Of a DNA stretch of 59,443 bases, positions 17,801-28,764 are shown piece by piece. A program made the position numbers and the translations under genes. The stretch comes from Minisyncoccota bacterium (GTDB taxonomy: Bacteria; Patescibacteriota; Minisyncoccia; Phycocordibacterales; UBA9973): assembly GCA_039915165.1 (NCBI GenBank), contig JBDSNU010000018.1, positions 232,617-292,059 of the forward strand, written 5' to 3'. The notes under the pieces are model-generated. The model saw only the letters and a list, made by a program, of their open reading frames with translations, was not told the DNA's origin and made no database searches. How positions within the stretch are numbered: the first letter of the stretch is position 1; every line of letters begins with the position of its first letter.

Positions 17801-18028
17801 GGATATGGTGCAGCGCACACCCTTCGAGAAATGCTTACTATCAAGTCCGACGATATCAGAGGTCGTGCACAGACATTCGATGCCATCATCAAGAACGAAA
17901 AAATTGGTGAGCCGAATGTACCAGCATCATTCTCTGTGATGTTGAACTATCTACGAGGCTTGTCATTGGACGTTGAACTCAAGAATACTCAAGCGGTCGA
18001 CACTGTAGAAGATGAGGTAACAAACTAA
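14822..18028 (+). CDS. rpoB: RNA polymerase beta subunit
   Basis: GRVCPIQTPEGPNIGL, GDKLAGRHGNKG, GGQRFGEMEVWALE. Confidence 0.99.
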   Translation: MSKAIPLGAQRPKKYFSKYKKPLVEFPNLIQHQLDSFNWLVEKGLKETFKEFTPINDYSGKKFQLDFVSFHLVEPKFDEHHCKENKLSLETQIKARVKLTNKQTGSEKEQEIFMADLPVMTPHGTFIINGVERSIIPQLSRSSGVFFTELEVKGKRFFGAKIIPNRGVWIEIESDPDGTVYVRIDKKRKFPVVSLLRALGLTTDEDIKKHFTNETAQKVILHSLEKDVAKTPGEAFVEIYRKLRDGDLATADNARDFVNNLFSEERYDLSSVGRFRFNKRFELDMGDAEMERKTLSAADLALIVNNIIALNNTPGSHADDIDNLSSRRVRFVGEMLQQKIYVGLTQIKRNVQDRMSTIDATNALPIQVVNQRPLQARIKEFFTTNQLSQFMQQENVLSELEELRTLSALGPGGLTRERATLEVRDVHPSHYGRVCPIQTPEGPNIGLILRLSIYARVNAFGVIETPYVKVKNGKITGEVEYLNAAEEEKVVIAHGSNKYDEKGNLPENVEARIRTNPGIVKKDEVNYIDVAPNQAFSVGTSMIPFVEHNDANRALMGSNMQRQAVPLIRPEAPLVATGVEQDAAPYSGRLIMAEEDGEITYVDASKITVRSEKGKDKTHTLTSFQRNNNFNAFHQRPVVTMGQKVKKGDLLADTSTTDHGQIALGQNMMVAFMSWNGANFEDAIILSERLIKDSKFTSIYIAEFTSVVRDTKLGPEVTTRDIPNVGEARLKDLDEDGIIRVGAEVKEGDILVGKITPKGETELTPEERLLRSIFAEKARDVKDTSLKMDHGKRGRIIRVKVFSRDQGHTLESGVIKKIVIEVAQLRNISVGDKLAGRHGNKGVISVVLPEEDMPYMADGRPVDVVLTPLGVPSRMNLGQILELHLGMAANELGYQAIVPPFAGATDSEIKEELVKAGLPENGRVPLFDGRTGDKYEQDIAVGYMYILKLHHMVEDKIHMRSIGPYSLITQQPLGGKAQGGGQRFGEMEVWALEGYGAAHTLREMLTIKSDDIRGRAQTFDAIIKNEKIGEPNVPASFSVMLNYLRGLSLDVELKNTQAVDTVEDEVTN

Positions 18029-18047
18029 CTCCTAACCAAACAACATT

Positions 18048-21000
18048 ATGAAAACACTCGATACAACAAATTTTGATCAAATCTCTCTTAAGCTCGCAAG
18101 TCCAGATCGCATTCGCGAATGGTCTTTTGGTGAAGTTACAAAACCTGAAACAATCAACTACCGTACCGGACGCAGTGAGCGTGGGGGTCTATTCGATGAA
18201 CGTATTTTTGGTCCTGAAAAAGACTATGAATGTTACTGTGGAAAGTACAAGCGTATTCGTTACGCTGGTATTATCTGTGAAAAGTGTGGCGTTGAAGTTA
18301 CACAATCTATCGTTCGTCGCGAACGCATGGGACACATTGAACTTGCAAGTCCTGTAGCGCACATCTGGTTCCTCCGTGGTGTTCCTTCACGTATGAGTAT
18401 TTTGCTCAACGTTTCTCTTACTGACCTGGAAAAGGTGGTGTACTTCGCTGGCTACATTATTACTACTGTTCATGAAGATGAACGAGAACGTATTGTTGCT
18501 GACTTGGATGCAGAATTCAAAAATAAATTGAAAGGTGCAGCTGATGAAGAAACTCGCGAAAAGCTTCGCACATTGCTTACAAATACAAAGAAAGAAATTC
18601 AGGAAATCCGTATTGGTAAAGTATTGAATGAAATTTCATACCACCACTACTCATTGAAATACGGCTCAGCGTTTGAAGCAGGTGTTGGTGCAGAACCAAT
18701 CTACCAATTGTTCCGTGATATGGATCTTGCAAAAGTAAAAGCTACTACAGAAAAATTGCTTGAAAAAGCAGGTGCTGCAGAACGTGAAAAACTCCACAAG
18801 CGTCTTTCCTTGGTACGCGGCATGATGTATGCAAACATTCGTCCTGAATGGATGTTCTTGACTGTTATCCCGGTGATCCCACCAGCGATCCGTCCTATGG
18901 TGGCACTTGAAGGTGGCCGTCATGCTACTTCAGATATCAACGACCTTTACCGTCGTGTGATCAACCGAAATAATCGTTTGAAAAAATTGAAAGAAATCGG
19001 TGCACCAGATGTTATCTTGCGTAACGAAAAGCGTATCCTGCAAGAAGCAGTTGATGCGTTGATCGATAACTCAATCGCCGGACAAGATAGTCCAGCAATG
19101 AGTCAGGCTCAGCGTCGTGCATTGAAATCTCTTTCTGATAACTTGAAATCAAAACAAGGTCTGTTCCGTCAGAACTTGCTTGGTAAGCGCGTGGACTATT
19201 CTGCCCGCTCAGTTATCGTTGTTGGTCCTACATTGAAACTTAGTCAGTGTGGTCTGCCAAAACATATGGCATTGGAATTGTTCCGTCCTTTCGTGATTTC
19301 AAAAATCATCGAACAGGAACTTGCATACAACATTCGTGGCGCTAACAAATTGATCGAAGATGGTATTCCAGAAGTATGGGCTATCCTTGAAGAAGCAATT
19401 AAGGGCAAGTACGTTATGTTGAACCGTGCTCCAACGCTTCACCGTCTTGGTATTCAGGCTTTCATGCCTATCCTTGTTGAAGGTAATGCTATCAAAGTTC
19501 ACCCACTCGTATGTCCTGCGTTCAACGCCGACTTCGACGGTGACCAGATGGGTGTATACCTTCCACTTTCTGAGCTTGCTCAGCATGAAGCAGCAACATT
19601 GATTGCTGCAGACAAAAACATCTTGAAGCCACAAAATGGTGAATCAATTGTTTCATCAAAAATGTTGGATATCGTTCTTGGATGTTACTGGATGACTACT
19701 TTGATCGATGGAGAAAAAGGCGAAGGCATGTATTTCTCAAGTCCAAATGAAGCGATCACTACTAATGACTTCAATGCTGTTTCTCTTCGTGCAAAAATCT
19801 ACGTACTTGGTACACAAAAAGATAAGTACGCTGGATTTGGTGGTAAGCCCTTTGAAACAACTGTTGGGCGTTTGTTGTTCAACGCTGTTCTTCCAAGTGA
19901 CTTCCCATACATGAACGAAGATATGACAGGCAAGAAAATGGTGGCAGTGATTGATTCATTGATTGCAAAATACGGTATCGATCGTGTTGCTCCAATTCTC
20001 GACCGTGTGAAAGATTTCGGTTACAAGTACGCAACTCGCTCAGGTACAACATGGGGTATTGATAACGTTATCGTGCCAAAAGAAAAGCCAGCAATTATTG
20101 CTAAGTACCGTACCCTAGAAGCAGAAATCCGTTCACAGTTTGAAGAAGGTTTGCTTTCTGAAGATGAACGCTATGAAAAAGTTATTTCTAACTGGAACAA
20201 AGCGAAAAGTGAAATCGAAAAGATTTTGCCAGACACAATTGAAAAGCATGGATCAGTGTATGACATGATCATCTCTGGTGCTCGTGGATCAATGAGTAAC
20301 GTTACTCAGATGGCTGGTATGAAAGGGTTGATTCAGAACACTACTGGACGAACTATTGATTTCCCAATCATTCCATCATTCAAGGAAGGTCTTTCTCCTT
20401 TGGAATACTTCATTACTACTCACGGTTCACGTAAAGGTCTAGCCGACACTGCGTTGAACACAGCTCGCGCTGGTTACTTGACTCGTCGTCTCGTTGACGT
20501 TGCGCAAGATGTGGTGATTACAGAAAATGACTGTGGAACAAAAGGTGCGAAGAGTATGAAGCTTGAAGTTATTTCAGGATTCGAAATCCCTCTAGCAAAA
20601 AGTATTCGTGGACGTGTGCTTGCAAAAGACATCGTTACAGAATCAGGCGAAACATTGTTCAAGCGTGGTCACTTGCTCACAAAGGATGACGTTGCATTGG
20701 TTGATGAAAAGGGTGTACTAGAAGTGTTTGTACGTACTCCAATGGTATGTAAGACAATCTACGGTATCTGTCGTCAGTGTTACGGTCTTGATCTTGGACG
20801 AAACCATTTGGTTGACCGTGGTGAATCAGTTGGTATCGTGGCCGCTCAAGCGATTGGCGAACCAGGTACACAGCTTACACTTCGTACGTTCCACGCCGGT
20901 GGTCTTGCTGGTGTCGATATTACTCAGGGTCTTCCTCGTGTTGAAGAAGTATTCGAATGTCGAACAGTGAAAAATCCTGCAATCGTAAACAAGTACGCAG

Positions 21001-21671
21001 GTACTGTTTCTGAAATCAAAGACAATGGCACAGAAAAATCTATCGTTGTTCTTTCTTCTGATAAAGAAGCAAAGAAAGACAGTATGGAGTATGTTGTTGG
21101 TCCTCGTCGTGTTTCAATTATCAAGGTTGGACAAGACGTTAAGGGTGGAGAACTACTGACAGACGGTTCTGCAAACATTGATGAAGTGTATGAATTCGGT
21201 GGCCGTGAAGCTGCAGAAGACTACATCATTCGTGAAATCATCAAGGTGTATGAACTACAAGGTGCTTCAATTGCTCGTAAGCACTTGGAAATCATTGTTC
21301 GTCAAATGTTCTCACGTCGCAAAGTTAAAGATGCTGGAGATACTTCATTCTCACCAGGAGATACTATCGAAGCAACTGAAATGATGGAAGAGAACGCAAA
21401 GATGCGCGAAAAAGGATTGGCAGAAGCAAAGGGTACACTCATTATTTTGGGTATTACTCAGACTGCATTGAATGCTAAGAGTTGGATCTCTGCTGCCTCT
21501 TTCCAAAACACAAACCGTGTATTGATTGCTAACGCCGTTAAGGGTGGAACTGATACACTTCGTGGCTTGAAAGAAAACGTTACTGTTGGACGATTAATTC
21601 CTGCAGGTACTGGGTTCCGTGAACGCTCTGCACTTGATATCAACAATATTAAGTACGACGAAGAACAATAA
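18048..21671 (+). CDS. rpoC: RNA polymerase beta' subunit
   Basis: CYCGKYK zinc finger, NADFDGDQM catalytic motif, [13 protein letters not shown]. Confidence 0.99.
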   Translation: MKTLDTTNFDQISLKLASPDRIREWSFGEVTKPETINYRTGRSERGGLFDERIFGPEKDYECYCGKYKRIRYAGIICEKCGVEVTQSIVRRERMGHIELASPVAHIWFLRGVPSRMSILLNVSLTDLEKVVYFAGYIITTVHEDERERIVADLDAEFKNKLKGAADEETREKLRTLLTNTKKEIQEIRIGKVLNEISYHHYSLKYGSAFEAGVGAEPIYQLFRDMDLAKVKATTEKLLEKAGAAEREKLHKRLSLVRGMMYANIRPEWMFLTVIPVIPPAIRPMVALEGGRHATSDINDLYRRVINRNNRLKKLKEIGAPDVILRNEKRILQEAVDALIDNSIAGQDSPAMSQAQRRALKSLSDNLKSKQGLFRQNLLGKRVDYSARSVIVVGPTLKLSQCGLPKHMALELFRPFVISKIIEQELAYNIRGANKLIEDGIPEVWAILEEAIKGKYVMLNRAPTLHRLGIQAFMPILVEGNAIKVHPLVCPAFNADFDGDQMGVYLPLSELAQHEAATLIAADKNILKPQNGESIVSSKMLDIVLGCYWMTTLIDGEKGEGMYFSSPNEAITTNDFNAVSLRAKIYVLGTQKDKYAGFGGKPFETTVGRLLFNAVLPSDFPYMNEDMTGKKMVAVIDSLIAKYGIDRVAPILDRVKDFGYKYATRSGTTWGIDNVIVPKEKPAIIAKYRTLEAEIRSQFEEGLLSEDERYEKVISNWNKAKSEIEKILPDTIEKHGSVYDMIISGARGSMSNVTQMAGMKGLIQNTTGRTIDFPIIPSFKEGLSPLEYFITTHGSRKGLADTALNTARAGYLTRRLVDVAQDVVITENDCGTKGAKSMKLEVISGFEIPLAKSIRGRVLAKDIVTESGETLFKRGHLLTKDDVALVDEKGVLEVFVRTPMVCKTIYGICRQCYGLDLGRNHLVDRGESVGIVAAQAIGEPGTQLTLRTFHAGGLAGVDITQGLPRVEEVFECRTVKNPAIVNKYAGTVSEIKDNGTEKSIVVLSSDKEAKKDSMEYVVGPRRVSIIKVGQDVKGGELLTDGSANIDEVYEFGGREAAEDYIIREIIKVYELQGASIARKHLEIIVRQMFSRRKVKDAGDTSFSPGDTIEATEMMEENAKMREKGLAEAKGTLIILGITQTALNAKSWISAASFQNTNRVLIANAVKGGTDTLRGLKENVTVGRLIPAGTGFRERSALDINNIKYDEEQ

Positions 21672-21674
21672 AGA

Positions 21675-23444
21675 ATGGATAACGGGTTGATCGAACAAAT
21701 AAAAAAACGATTGCCTATTGCCGAAGTACTGTCGACCTATATTACGCTAGAACCATCAGGAACTCAGTTTAAGGCTCGGTGCCCATTTCATAATGAAAAG
21801 ACTGCGTCGTTTTCGGTATCACCGGAACGCGGTCTTTTCTATTGTTTTGGGTGTGGAGAAAAAGGCGACATTCTTACTTTTGTAGAAAAGTTTGAAGGTC
21901 TTGATTTCAAAGGTGCACTCAAAGTATTGGCTGATCGAGCAGGTATTCCGCTCACTAGTAATCAATATACTAAAGTTGAACCAACTGATACGGTCTATGA
22001 TGCATTAGAAGTTGCTGCCAAAAAATATCAACAATACTTACTACAAAATTCCGAGGCAATTGCATATCTAAAAAATAGAGGACTGACAGACGCTACAATT
22101 GAATCATTCCGTATTGGCTATGCTCCAACAGAATGGCGCAGTATTGCAGGGTCACTCGATGAAAAAAGCATTGGTTTTTATGAACGTGCTGGCCTAATCA
22201 AGGCAGCCATCGCAGGGCCTACGGCGCCCCAAGAAAAACCTCGACACTATGATCGTTTTCGTGGGCGCATAATGTTTCCATTGATGGATAGTAGTGGGCG
22301 TATCGTTGCTTTCTCTGGACGTATGTTTCCTGATACCCCTGAAGGTCCAAAGTATCTGAACAGTCCTGAAACAGAAGTATTTTCCAAGTCACGTGTCTTG
22401 TTTGGTTTTGATAAGGCCAAGCTTGCCATCAAGAAACATAACTTCGCCATCTTGGTGGAAGGACAAATGGATCTTGTATTGAGCCATCAAGCTGGTTTCA
22501 AAAATACTGTCGCTACTTCTGGTACTGCAGTTTCTGAAACCGTGATCGGGGATGCGAGTGCACAACTTTCTATTATTGCGCGACTTACACAAAATTTATT
22601 TTTGGCGTTTGACGGCGATAGTGCTGGTAAAAAAGCTATGGAACGTGCAGCATTAGTTGCACTGTCACTTGGTATGAATCCAAAAGTTGTAGCATTGCCT
22701 GAAGGGGTAGACCCTGCTGACTATATCGGAGGCGTAGCAGGAGATCCTGAACAAAGTGAAGGATTGGGTGCGACTGACAATTGGAAGAATTTATTGAAGC
22801 AGGCAGAACACTTTATTCTTCACACACTTCATGAAATACAAAAGAAGTCGCCATCAGCCCACCAATTGAAACAATCAATCCGTACACAACTGTTTCCATT
22901 TCTTCTACGTGTACCATCTGCAATTGAACGGCAAGTCTATGTGAATACTATTGCCACAGAGTCCAACCTCGGTACAAAAGAGGTTAATGATGATTTCAAT
23001 GCATTCATGTTAGAGAATCAAAAAAATGATACAGAAAGAAACTCAGTACATATGGCACAGAAACCAGCATCAACTGCATTAACACATATCGAACGATTTA
23101 TCGGCTTAGTGGAACTCTTTCCCATTGAATCTGTAATGGTACATAAAAAAAATATTGATGAATTTCAATTCGAAGGATCACAATTAATATTACCCACAAT
23201 TGCAGATGATAAAAAAGAATGGGTGGTTGCACTAGTTGAACGACAATATGCTTCTACAAAAGAAGAAGACATTGAAAGTATAATTAAAGAATTATCAGCA
23301 ACATTGATTGCACAATTTTTGGAACAGTTACGTTTCGAATACTCAATGAAAATGAACGAAGCAAAACAACAGCATGATGAAGAAAAGGAATTGCAGTATT
23401 TAGCACTATTGCAGAAACTCCACCAGCGCCGCCACCAGACTTGA
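21675..23444 (+). CDS. dnaG: DNA primase
   Basis: [11 protein letters not shown] zinc-binding domain, [30 protein letters not shown] and FDGDSAG. Confidence 0.95.
   Translation: MDNGLIEQIKKRLPIAEVLSTYITLEPSGTQFKARCPFHNEKTASFSVSPERGLFYCFGCGEKGDILTFVEKFEGLDFKGALKVLADRAGIPLTSNQYTKVEPTDTVYDALEVAAKKYQQYLLQNSEAIAYLKNRGLTDATIESFRIGYAPTEWRSIAGSLDEKSIGFYERAGLIKAAIAGPTAPQEKPRHYDRFRGRIMFPLMDSSGRIVAFSGRMFPDTPEGPKYLNSPETEVFSKSRVLFGFDKAKLAIKKHNFAILVEGQMDLVLSHQAGFKNTVATSGTAVSETVIGDASAQLSIIARLTQNLFLAFDGDSAGKKAMERAALVALSLGMNPKVVALPEGVDPADYIGGVAGDPEQSEGLGATDNWKNLLKQAEHFILHTLHEIQKKSPSAHQLKQSIRTQLFPFLLRVPSAIERQVYVNTIATESNLGTKEVNDDFNAFMLENQKNDTERNSVHMAQKPASTALTHIERFIGLVELFPIESVMVHKKNIDEFQFEGSQLILPTIADDKKEWVVALVERQYASTKEEDIESIIKELSATLIAQFLEQLRFEYSMKMNEAKQQHDEEKELQYLALLQKLHQRRHQT
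22207..22233 (+). repeat. REP-like family B, diverged, in frame in dnaG (IAGPTAPQ)
   Basis: ccatcgcagggcctacggcgccccaag aligns without gaps to the trmD and leuS copies. Confidence 0.5.
22743..22763 (-). repeat. REP-like family A, in frame in dnaG (DPEQSEG)
   Basis: gatcctgaacaaagtgaagga. Confidence 0.65.
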
Positions 23445-23454
23445 TTGGTCGCTA

Positions 23455-23475
23455 GATCCTGAACGCAGTGAAGGA
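23455..23475 (-). repeat. REP-like family A, intergenic, abutting TTGACA upstream of rpoD
   Basis: gatcctgaacgcagtgaagga-ttgaca. Confidence 0.7.
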
Positions 23476-23508
23476 TTGACATTTCCTCCTTTTTACATGA
23501 TGATACGA

Positions 23509-24882
23509 ATGAACTTTATGCCAAACAAAAAACCAGCTCCAAAAGCACAACCAAAGAAAGTAGTTAAAAAAAGCGCACCAGCGCCGACAAAGAAGGTAGC
23601 AAAAAAAGTGGCACCAAAGAGTGCAACAAAACCCGCTCCAAAAAAAGTACCCGTTAAAAAAGTAACTGCTAAAGCTGTTGCGAAAGCACCAGTAAAAAAA
23701 GTTGTAGCAAAGGCTCCTGTAAAGAAGGCCGCTCCTGAAACAAAAGCAAAACCTAAGCCAATTACTATTCGTCATGCCGGATCAGCTCCGAAGCGTGAAA
23801 ATAATAGTGAAAAGAAAATCAAAGACCTTGAAGTAAAATCTGAAGAACTTATCGTAAAAGGTAAGAAGCGTGGATTTATCACATATGATGAGATTTTAAA
23901 AACATTCCCTGACATTGAGAACAATATTATGTTCCTTGATGAATTGTATGAAAAATTCAGCACAGCAGGTATTGATATTCTTGAAGGTGGAAACCTGCTC
24001 GATATTGATAATACAGAAGACCTTTCAAAATATGTAAAAGACAGTCACAGTTTCAGTTCAGTACAAATGTATTTGAAAGACATCGGTCAGTACCCATTGA
24101 TCAATGCTGCTCAAGAAAAAGAATTTGCAAAGCGTATTCAGGCAGGAGATCTAGAAGCAAAGAACTTGCTCGCTCGATCAAACCTTCGTTTGGTGGTATC
24201 AATCGCCAAGAAATATGCTAACCGCACTGCCGATCTTACTTTGCTCGACTTGATTCAAGAAGGGAACATTGGTCTCTTCAAGGCGGTTGAAAAATTTGAC
24301 CATACAAAAGGATTTAAGTTCTCAACATATGCGACATGGTGGATTCGTCAGTCGATCACTCGTGCATTGGCTGATCAGTCACGTACTATTCGTATCCCTG
24401 TGCACATGGTTGAAACTATTTCAAAATACAAGCAAGTAATGCGTCGCTTGGCACAAGACTTAGGTCGCGATCCAATGCCGGAAGAAATTGCCATGGAGAT
24501 GGGAATCGAAGTTGAAAAAGTTCACGTGATTGAACAGATCAACCAAGAAACTCGTTCATTGGAGTCTCCGATTGGTGATGATGAAGACAAGTCTACGTTT
24601 GGTGAATTTATTCCTGATGATAAGATCCTTCGTCCTGACCAAGAAGCCAGTCGCCGTATGTTGCAAGATGCAATCCGCGCAGTGCTCGAAGAACTTTCTC
24701 CAAAAGAGAAGCGTATCCTCGAAATGCGTTACGGACTCATCGATGGTGTACAGCACACACTCGAAGAAGTAGGTAAAGAATTCGGTGTTACTCGTGAACG
24801 TATTCGACAAATCGAAGCCAAGGTTCATGAGAAGCTCCGTCAGAATGACCGCATTCAACGCCTTCGAAATTATTTTGACTAA
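23509..24882 (+). CDS. rpoD: Primary sigma factor sigma70 with Lys/Ala/Pro-rich N-terminal extension
   Basis: [57 protein letters not shown]. Start is probably ATG 23509 or 23518. Confidence 0.97.
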   Translation: MNFMPNKKPAPKAQPKKVVKKSAPAPTKKVAKKVAPKSATKPAPKKVPVKKVTAKAVAKAPVKKVVAKAPVKKAAPETKAKPKPITIRHAGSAPKRENNSEKKIKDLEVKSEELIVKGKKRGFITYDEILKTFPDIENNIMFLDELYEKFSTAGIDILEGGNLLDIDNTEDLSKYVKDSHSFSSVQMYLKDIGQYPLINAAQEKEFAKRIQAGDLEAKNLLARSNLRLVVSIAKKYANRTADLTLLDLIQEGNIGLFKAVEKFDHTKGFKFSTYATWWIRQSITRALADQSRTIRIPVHMVETISKYKQVMRRLAQDLGRDPMPEEIAMEMGIEVEKVHVIEQINQETRSLESPIGDDEDKSTFGEFIPDDKILRPDQEASRRMLQDAIRAVLEELSPKEKRILEMRYGLIDGVQHTLEEVGKEFGVTRERIRQIEAKVHEKLRQNDRIQRLRNYFD

Positions 24883-24896
24883 ATTGTAACTATGAG

Positions 24897-24930
24897 CAAA
24901 AGCCCCAAGACAGGTAGTCTTGGGGCTTTT
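24897..24930. terminator. Intrinsic terminator after rpoD; its T tract runs into a TTGACA
   Basis: aaaagccccaagac-aggta-gtcttggggctttt-gaca. Confidence 0.8.
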
Positions 24931-24973
24931 GACATTTTCAAATAATTATGGTAAAAGAAAGAAAAAAAAGAAG

Positions 24974-25450
24974 ATGAAAAATAAAAAGGAGAAGCAACCG
25001 TATACTGAATTGGATTACAAAATGGTAGTAGGAATTCTTAGCAAACTTAGTACCGCGGTAAACAATGGTACCAAGGATCATGGCTATGAGTTGTTATTAA
25101 ATACATGTGATAATCCGAAGAGCTCTACTATTAAAGATTTTGTTCTTAATAAAAAAACCGATATCCTGAAAGATGATGATGCGTTTCAAATACAACTTGT
25201 CAAATTTAATGACGTTGACTTAGTTGAGGCAAGGTTCCGAACAGTGAGCAATGATTACACACTCCTCAATTTTGAGATGGGGCTAAAAAAATCATATTGC
25301 GCACTGGACTCATCGCCTAAAAGGGATCTGTACCGTAATGCATTTATGGACATTGATGACTTAATGTTTTATAAAAAATCATGGAAAAAGTCCCTGTCAG
25401 TATTTGTTACCGTTATTGATCTTGCAATAAATTCTGGCATTCAATTTTAA
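24974..25450 (+). CDS. Orphan hypothetical protein (~158 aa)
   Basis: AT-rich ORF between two terminators. Start reassigned from TTG 24920, which lies inside the terminator, to ATG 24974. Confidence 0.6.
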   Translation: MKNKKEKQPYTELDYKMVVGILSKLSTAVNNGTKDHGYELLLNTCDNPKSSTIKDFVLNKKTDILKDDDAFQIQLVKFNDVDLVEARFRTVSNDYTLLNFEMGLKKSYCALDSSPKRDLYRNAFMDIDDLMFYKKSWKKSLSVFVTVIDLAINSGIQF

Positions 25451-25472
25451 TTTAAATAAAACCTTTCAAAGG

Positions 25473-25500
25473 AAAAGGCCCCGCAAATGCGGGGCCTTTA
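25473..25500. terminator. Bidirectional terminator
   Basis: aaaggccccgca-aa-tgcggggccttt. Confidence 0.75.
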
Positions 25501-25507
25501 TTATTAC

Positions 25508-26290
25508 TTAGAGTACTGAGTCTATTGCTTTCTTTACGTCAGAGATAGGGTACGCGCCAGGGATGATCACTTGTTTGCCTGTAGCTTTATTTACGATCAC
25601 ACTGAATGGTGTACCTTGGGCACCAATTTTGTTTGCTTCATCAATACCAGCTTGTACTGCTGATGCTGTTGCCGTTGAAGTCATACATGATTTGAACTTT
25701 GCTGCATCGAGACCATTTTGCGTAGCGAAGGTGGTGAAGATCTCATTACTTTTTTGATCAGGATTAACTGTTACATTGATGGCGCTATCAAGATAGTTGT
25801 TAAATACTTTTGGTCCACCAAGTTGCCCAGCACAACTAAGTGCGAGTGCTTCGTTGTATGCATCAGGGTGGAGGGACTCAAGAGGGAAGAATCGATATAC
25901 CCATGCAACCTTACCTTTGTAGTCACTTACTATTTGCTGCAATGTTGGATGGAAACGAACACAGAAAGGACAATCACTGTCAGAATATTCGAAGATCAAT
26001 ACTTGTGCCGTATTTGCATCACCGCGAATATAGTTGGCATCGCTTGAGCGAAGCGTAGCAATTTCTACGGGAATCGATGTCGGTGTGGTCGGAGCCGCGT
26101 CCGACGCGGTTGTATCTTGTGTTGTTGGATTGGCGGGATTGGGAGTTGTTTTACTTCCGGGATGGAGAATAATAACTAGTGCAATGGCAATCATGGCTAC
26201 ACTAGTGACTATTGCTGCGGCAATGTTAGTAGTTTGAGATATTGCGGGTGTTTGTAGAGGGTCTTTTTGTGTTGTTTCTTGTGGTTCCAT
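25508..26290 (-). CDS. DsbA-family thioredoxin-fold oxidoreductase, membrane-anchored
   Basis: EYSDSDCPFC, WVYRFFPL, GAQGTPFS (cis-Pro loop); N-terminal TM segment. Confidence 0.9.
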   Translation of the reverse strand: MEPQETTQKDPLQTPAISQTTNIAAAIVTSVAMIAIALVIILHPGSKTTPNPANPTTQDTTASDAAPTTPTSIPVEIATLRSSDANYIRGDANTAQVLIFEYSDSDCPFCVRFHPTLQQIVSDYKGKVAWVYRFFPLESLHPDAYNEALALSCAGQLGGPKVFNNYLDSAINVTVNPDQKSNEIFTTFATQNGLDAAKFKSCMTSTATASAVQAGIDEANKIGAQGTPFSVIVNKATGKQVIIPGAYPISDVKKAIDSVL

Positions 26291-26359
26291 GGTCTAAGTA
26301 TAACCCACTTTCAAGCTAGAAAAAACAAGCCATTTGTGATAGTATGGTATGACAAATAT

Positions 26360-27613
26360 ATGACGATTCCTGAATTTTTCACGTACGCGGTCGTTTTTCT
26401 GGCCTTATACGTACAGGTCTTTTTGATGATTACGTACTTCGAACATCGCAAGAAGATTAAAACATTCAAAAATGAACCTCTTCCACACTTAGTTAATCCA
26501 CCCAAGGTGGCAATTATTGTGCCTTGTTGGAATGAAGAAAAAACTGTTCACGGCACCATTGCTTCAATTTTAGCCCTCGATTATCCACCGGAATTGTTGG
26601 AAGTTATTGCTGTTGATGATGGTAGTACTGACACAACATGGCAAGAACTCTTACAATACAAAGATCATCCACGTGTCCGTATTTTTCAAAAAGAAAATGG
26701 TGGTAAGCATACTGCTATTAACTTCGGTATAGACAATACCGATGCTGCAATTATTGGCGGCCTTGATGCCGACTCATTCGTAGCTCCTGACGCGCTTCGT
26801 CGAATGATTGGTATGTTCCAAGATAATCCAAAAGCTATGGCAGTAACACCGTCACTGATTGTGGATAAGCCAAAGAATCTTTTGCAATACGCACAACGCG
26901 TTGAATACAACATGAGTACATACAACAAAAAAATGTTGTCATTCCTTGGTGCTATTCACGTTACGCCTGGACCATTTTCATTATTCCGCGCAGAGCTCTT
27001 TCAAAAAATTGGTAAATTTAGAAAAGCTCACAATACTGAAGACCAAGAACTGGCATATCGTATGCAAGAACATCACATGCAGATTGAGCACTGTGTGAAT
27101 GCATTTATTTATACTCGTTCGCCTGATACTGTGAAGAAATTATATACACAACGACTACGATGGATTTATGGATTTATTCAGAACACTATGGATTATCGTC
27201 GTCTGTTATTCAAGAAAGAATATCTCAATTTCTCTTTCTTCACTTTGCCATCAGGTATTATTTCAATTATTGCGGTGGTGTATCTGTCATTGGTATTCGT
27301 ATATGATGCAATTCTCTTTGTTATTAAAAAAATCACTCAATACAGTATTGCTGGATTTCATGGCGGTGCATTGCCACATGTACAATTCGATTGGTTTTAT
27401 ATCAATACAGAGGCAGTAACATTTGTAACGATCTTCTTGTATGTTGTTCTATTATTTTCTATCGTAATGGGTACACGACTTAACAAACAAGGAAAGGGGT
27501 TTGATTGGCATGTATTAGCATACTTGGCTATCTATAGTGTGATCGCACCATTCTGGCTTTTGAAAGCTGTATGGAATACAATTGCTAGACGTGGCCAGCC
27601 AGCGTGGCGTTAA
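26360..27613 (+). CDS. Processive-type GT2 glycosyltransferase (PgaC/IcaA-like)
   Basis: IIVPCWNEE, VDDGSTD, GGKHTA, LDADS, TEDQE and QRLRW; TM segments. Start reassigned to 26360. Confidence 0.9.
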   Translation: MTIPEFFTYAVVFLALYVQVFLMITYFEHRKKIKTFKNEPLPHLVNPPKVAIIVPCWNEEKTVHGTIASILALDYPPELLEVIAVDDGSTDTTWQELLQYKDHPRVRIFQKENGGKHTAINFGIDNTDAAIIGGLDADSFVAPDALRRMIGMFQDNPKAMAVTPSLIVDKPKNLLQYAQRVEYNMSTYNKKMLSFLGAIHVTPGPFSLFRAELFQKIGKFRKAHNTEDQELAYRMQEHHMQIEHCVNAFIYTRSPDTVKKLYTQRLRWIYGFIQNTMDYRRLLFKKEYLNFSFFTLPSGIISIIAVVYLSLVFVYDAILFVIKKITQYSIAGFHGGALPHVQFDWFYINTEAVTFVTIFLYVVLLFSIVMGTRLNKQGKGFDWHVLAYLAIYSVIAPFWLLKAVWNTIARRGQPAWR

Positions 27614-27617
27614 TCAT

Positions 27618-28325
27618 ATGAAAGGATTTAGAAAATATTTTATTGCACTATTGATCACAGCCGCACTTTTTGCCGTTGCATTCTTTTTCAGTCAATATCT
27701 TACTAACCGCAAAATTGCTGAAATAAAAGAAGCGCAAAACCAAGTGACAACTGATATTTTATCTTCAGAAGCACAATTTGATCTGTTGCAGGAATTATCA
27801 TGTCAGGATGTTGGTAATAACTATCTTTCAACTGAAATCTCAAACCTGGCGGATAAGATCACCTATGGCGAGCAAAATTTCAATGACCAACGTCAGTTAA
27901 ACTTATTGAAACAGCAATATAGTATCTTGGAAGTGAAGGACTTCTTATTGACCAAGCGTATTAGTGAGCGTTGTAAACAGAATACTGTAACAATATTGTA
28001 TTTTTACAAGAACGCAGATGTCTGTGATGACTGTGTGAAGCAAGGGTATGTGCTCGATACTATTCACCAGCAGTATCCTGCGCTTCGCATCTACTCTTTT
28101 GATGCGAGTCTTGATAGTTCAACTGTGCGAGCATTGCTTACTATTTATAAAATCAGTGACAAGGTGCCATCATTGGTGATCAATGGCAAGACTGAAAACG
28201 GCTATATTGTTGTTGATGAGCTCAAAAAATTATTACCGACTAGTCTGACAAATCCAACTCCACTCAAAACCACTACTAGTGCTACAAAGGCTGTATCATC
28301 AACTAAAACTTCAACTGCAAAATAA
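27618..28325 (+). CDS. Membrane-anchored protein with C-terminal thioredoxin-like CxxC domain
   Basis: N-terminal TM segment, coiled coil, YFYKNADVCDDCVKQG and VPSLVING. Confidence 0.7.
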   Translation: MKGFRKYFIALLITAALFAVAFFFSQYLTNRKIAEIKEAQNQVTTDILSSEAQFDLLQELSCQDVGNNYLSTEISNLADKITYGEQNFNDQRQLNLLKQQYSILEVKDFLLTKRISERCKQNTVTILYFYKNADVCDDCVKQGYVLDTIHQQYPALRIYSFDASLDSSTVRALLTIYKISDKVPSLVINGKTENGYIVVDELKKLLPTSLTNPTPLKTTTSATKAVSSTKTSTAK

Positions 28326-28326
28326 C

Positions 28327-28764
28327 ATGAAGCAGCGATTAACTGCAGGTCTATGGCAAACAATGAAATTTATTTTTGTTGGATTGCTAAATACCGGGAT
28401 TGATTTTTTGGTGTTTAATCTTTTGGCATATTATGTCATCGGACTTGGGTCACCAACTGCATATTTCTTTTGCAAATCAATAGCATTTCTGGCAGCAATG
28501 ACGAATAGCTTCTTTTTTAATAGTCGTTTTACTTTTAAAAAACATGATCAGAAAAAAGGATTGTGGTGGCGCTTCACTCTCATTACAGTAAGTACATTTT
28601 TGATCAGTAGTCTTATATCAACACTCGCATTTAATGGTATTGTGGACCACACCTCGCTTTCAGCTATTTTGGCTGGTAATATTAGTGTCGTTATAAGCGT
28701 AGCAGTAGGAATGTTTATAAACTTTATTGGATATAAATTCTTTGTTTTCCAGAATCATGAATAA
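28327..28764 (+). CDS. GtrA-family lipid-linked sugar flippase
   Basis: KFIFVGLLNTGIDF, NSFFFNSRFTF, NFIGYKFFVF; four TM segments. Confidence 0.85.
   Translation: MKQRLTAGLWQTMKFIFVGLLNTGIDFLVFNLLAYYVIGLGSPTAYFFCKSIAFLAAMTNSFFFNSRFTFKKHDQKKGLWWRFTLITVSTFLISSLISTLAFNGIVDHTSLSAILAGNISVVISVAVGMFINFIGYKFFVFQNHE

Noticed and set aside
23452-23775. 107-aa Phe/Cys-rich minus-strand ORF
   Set aside because: It is the antisense reading of the Lys-rich rpoD tail, which explains its composition.
24948-24977. Short ORF and A-run upstream of 24974 as a programmed frameshift
   Set aside because: It is a 9-codon ORF overlapping the predicted promoter, with no stimulatory structure and no homology support.
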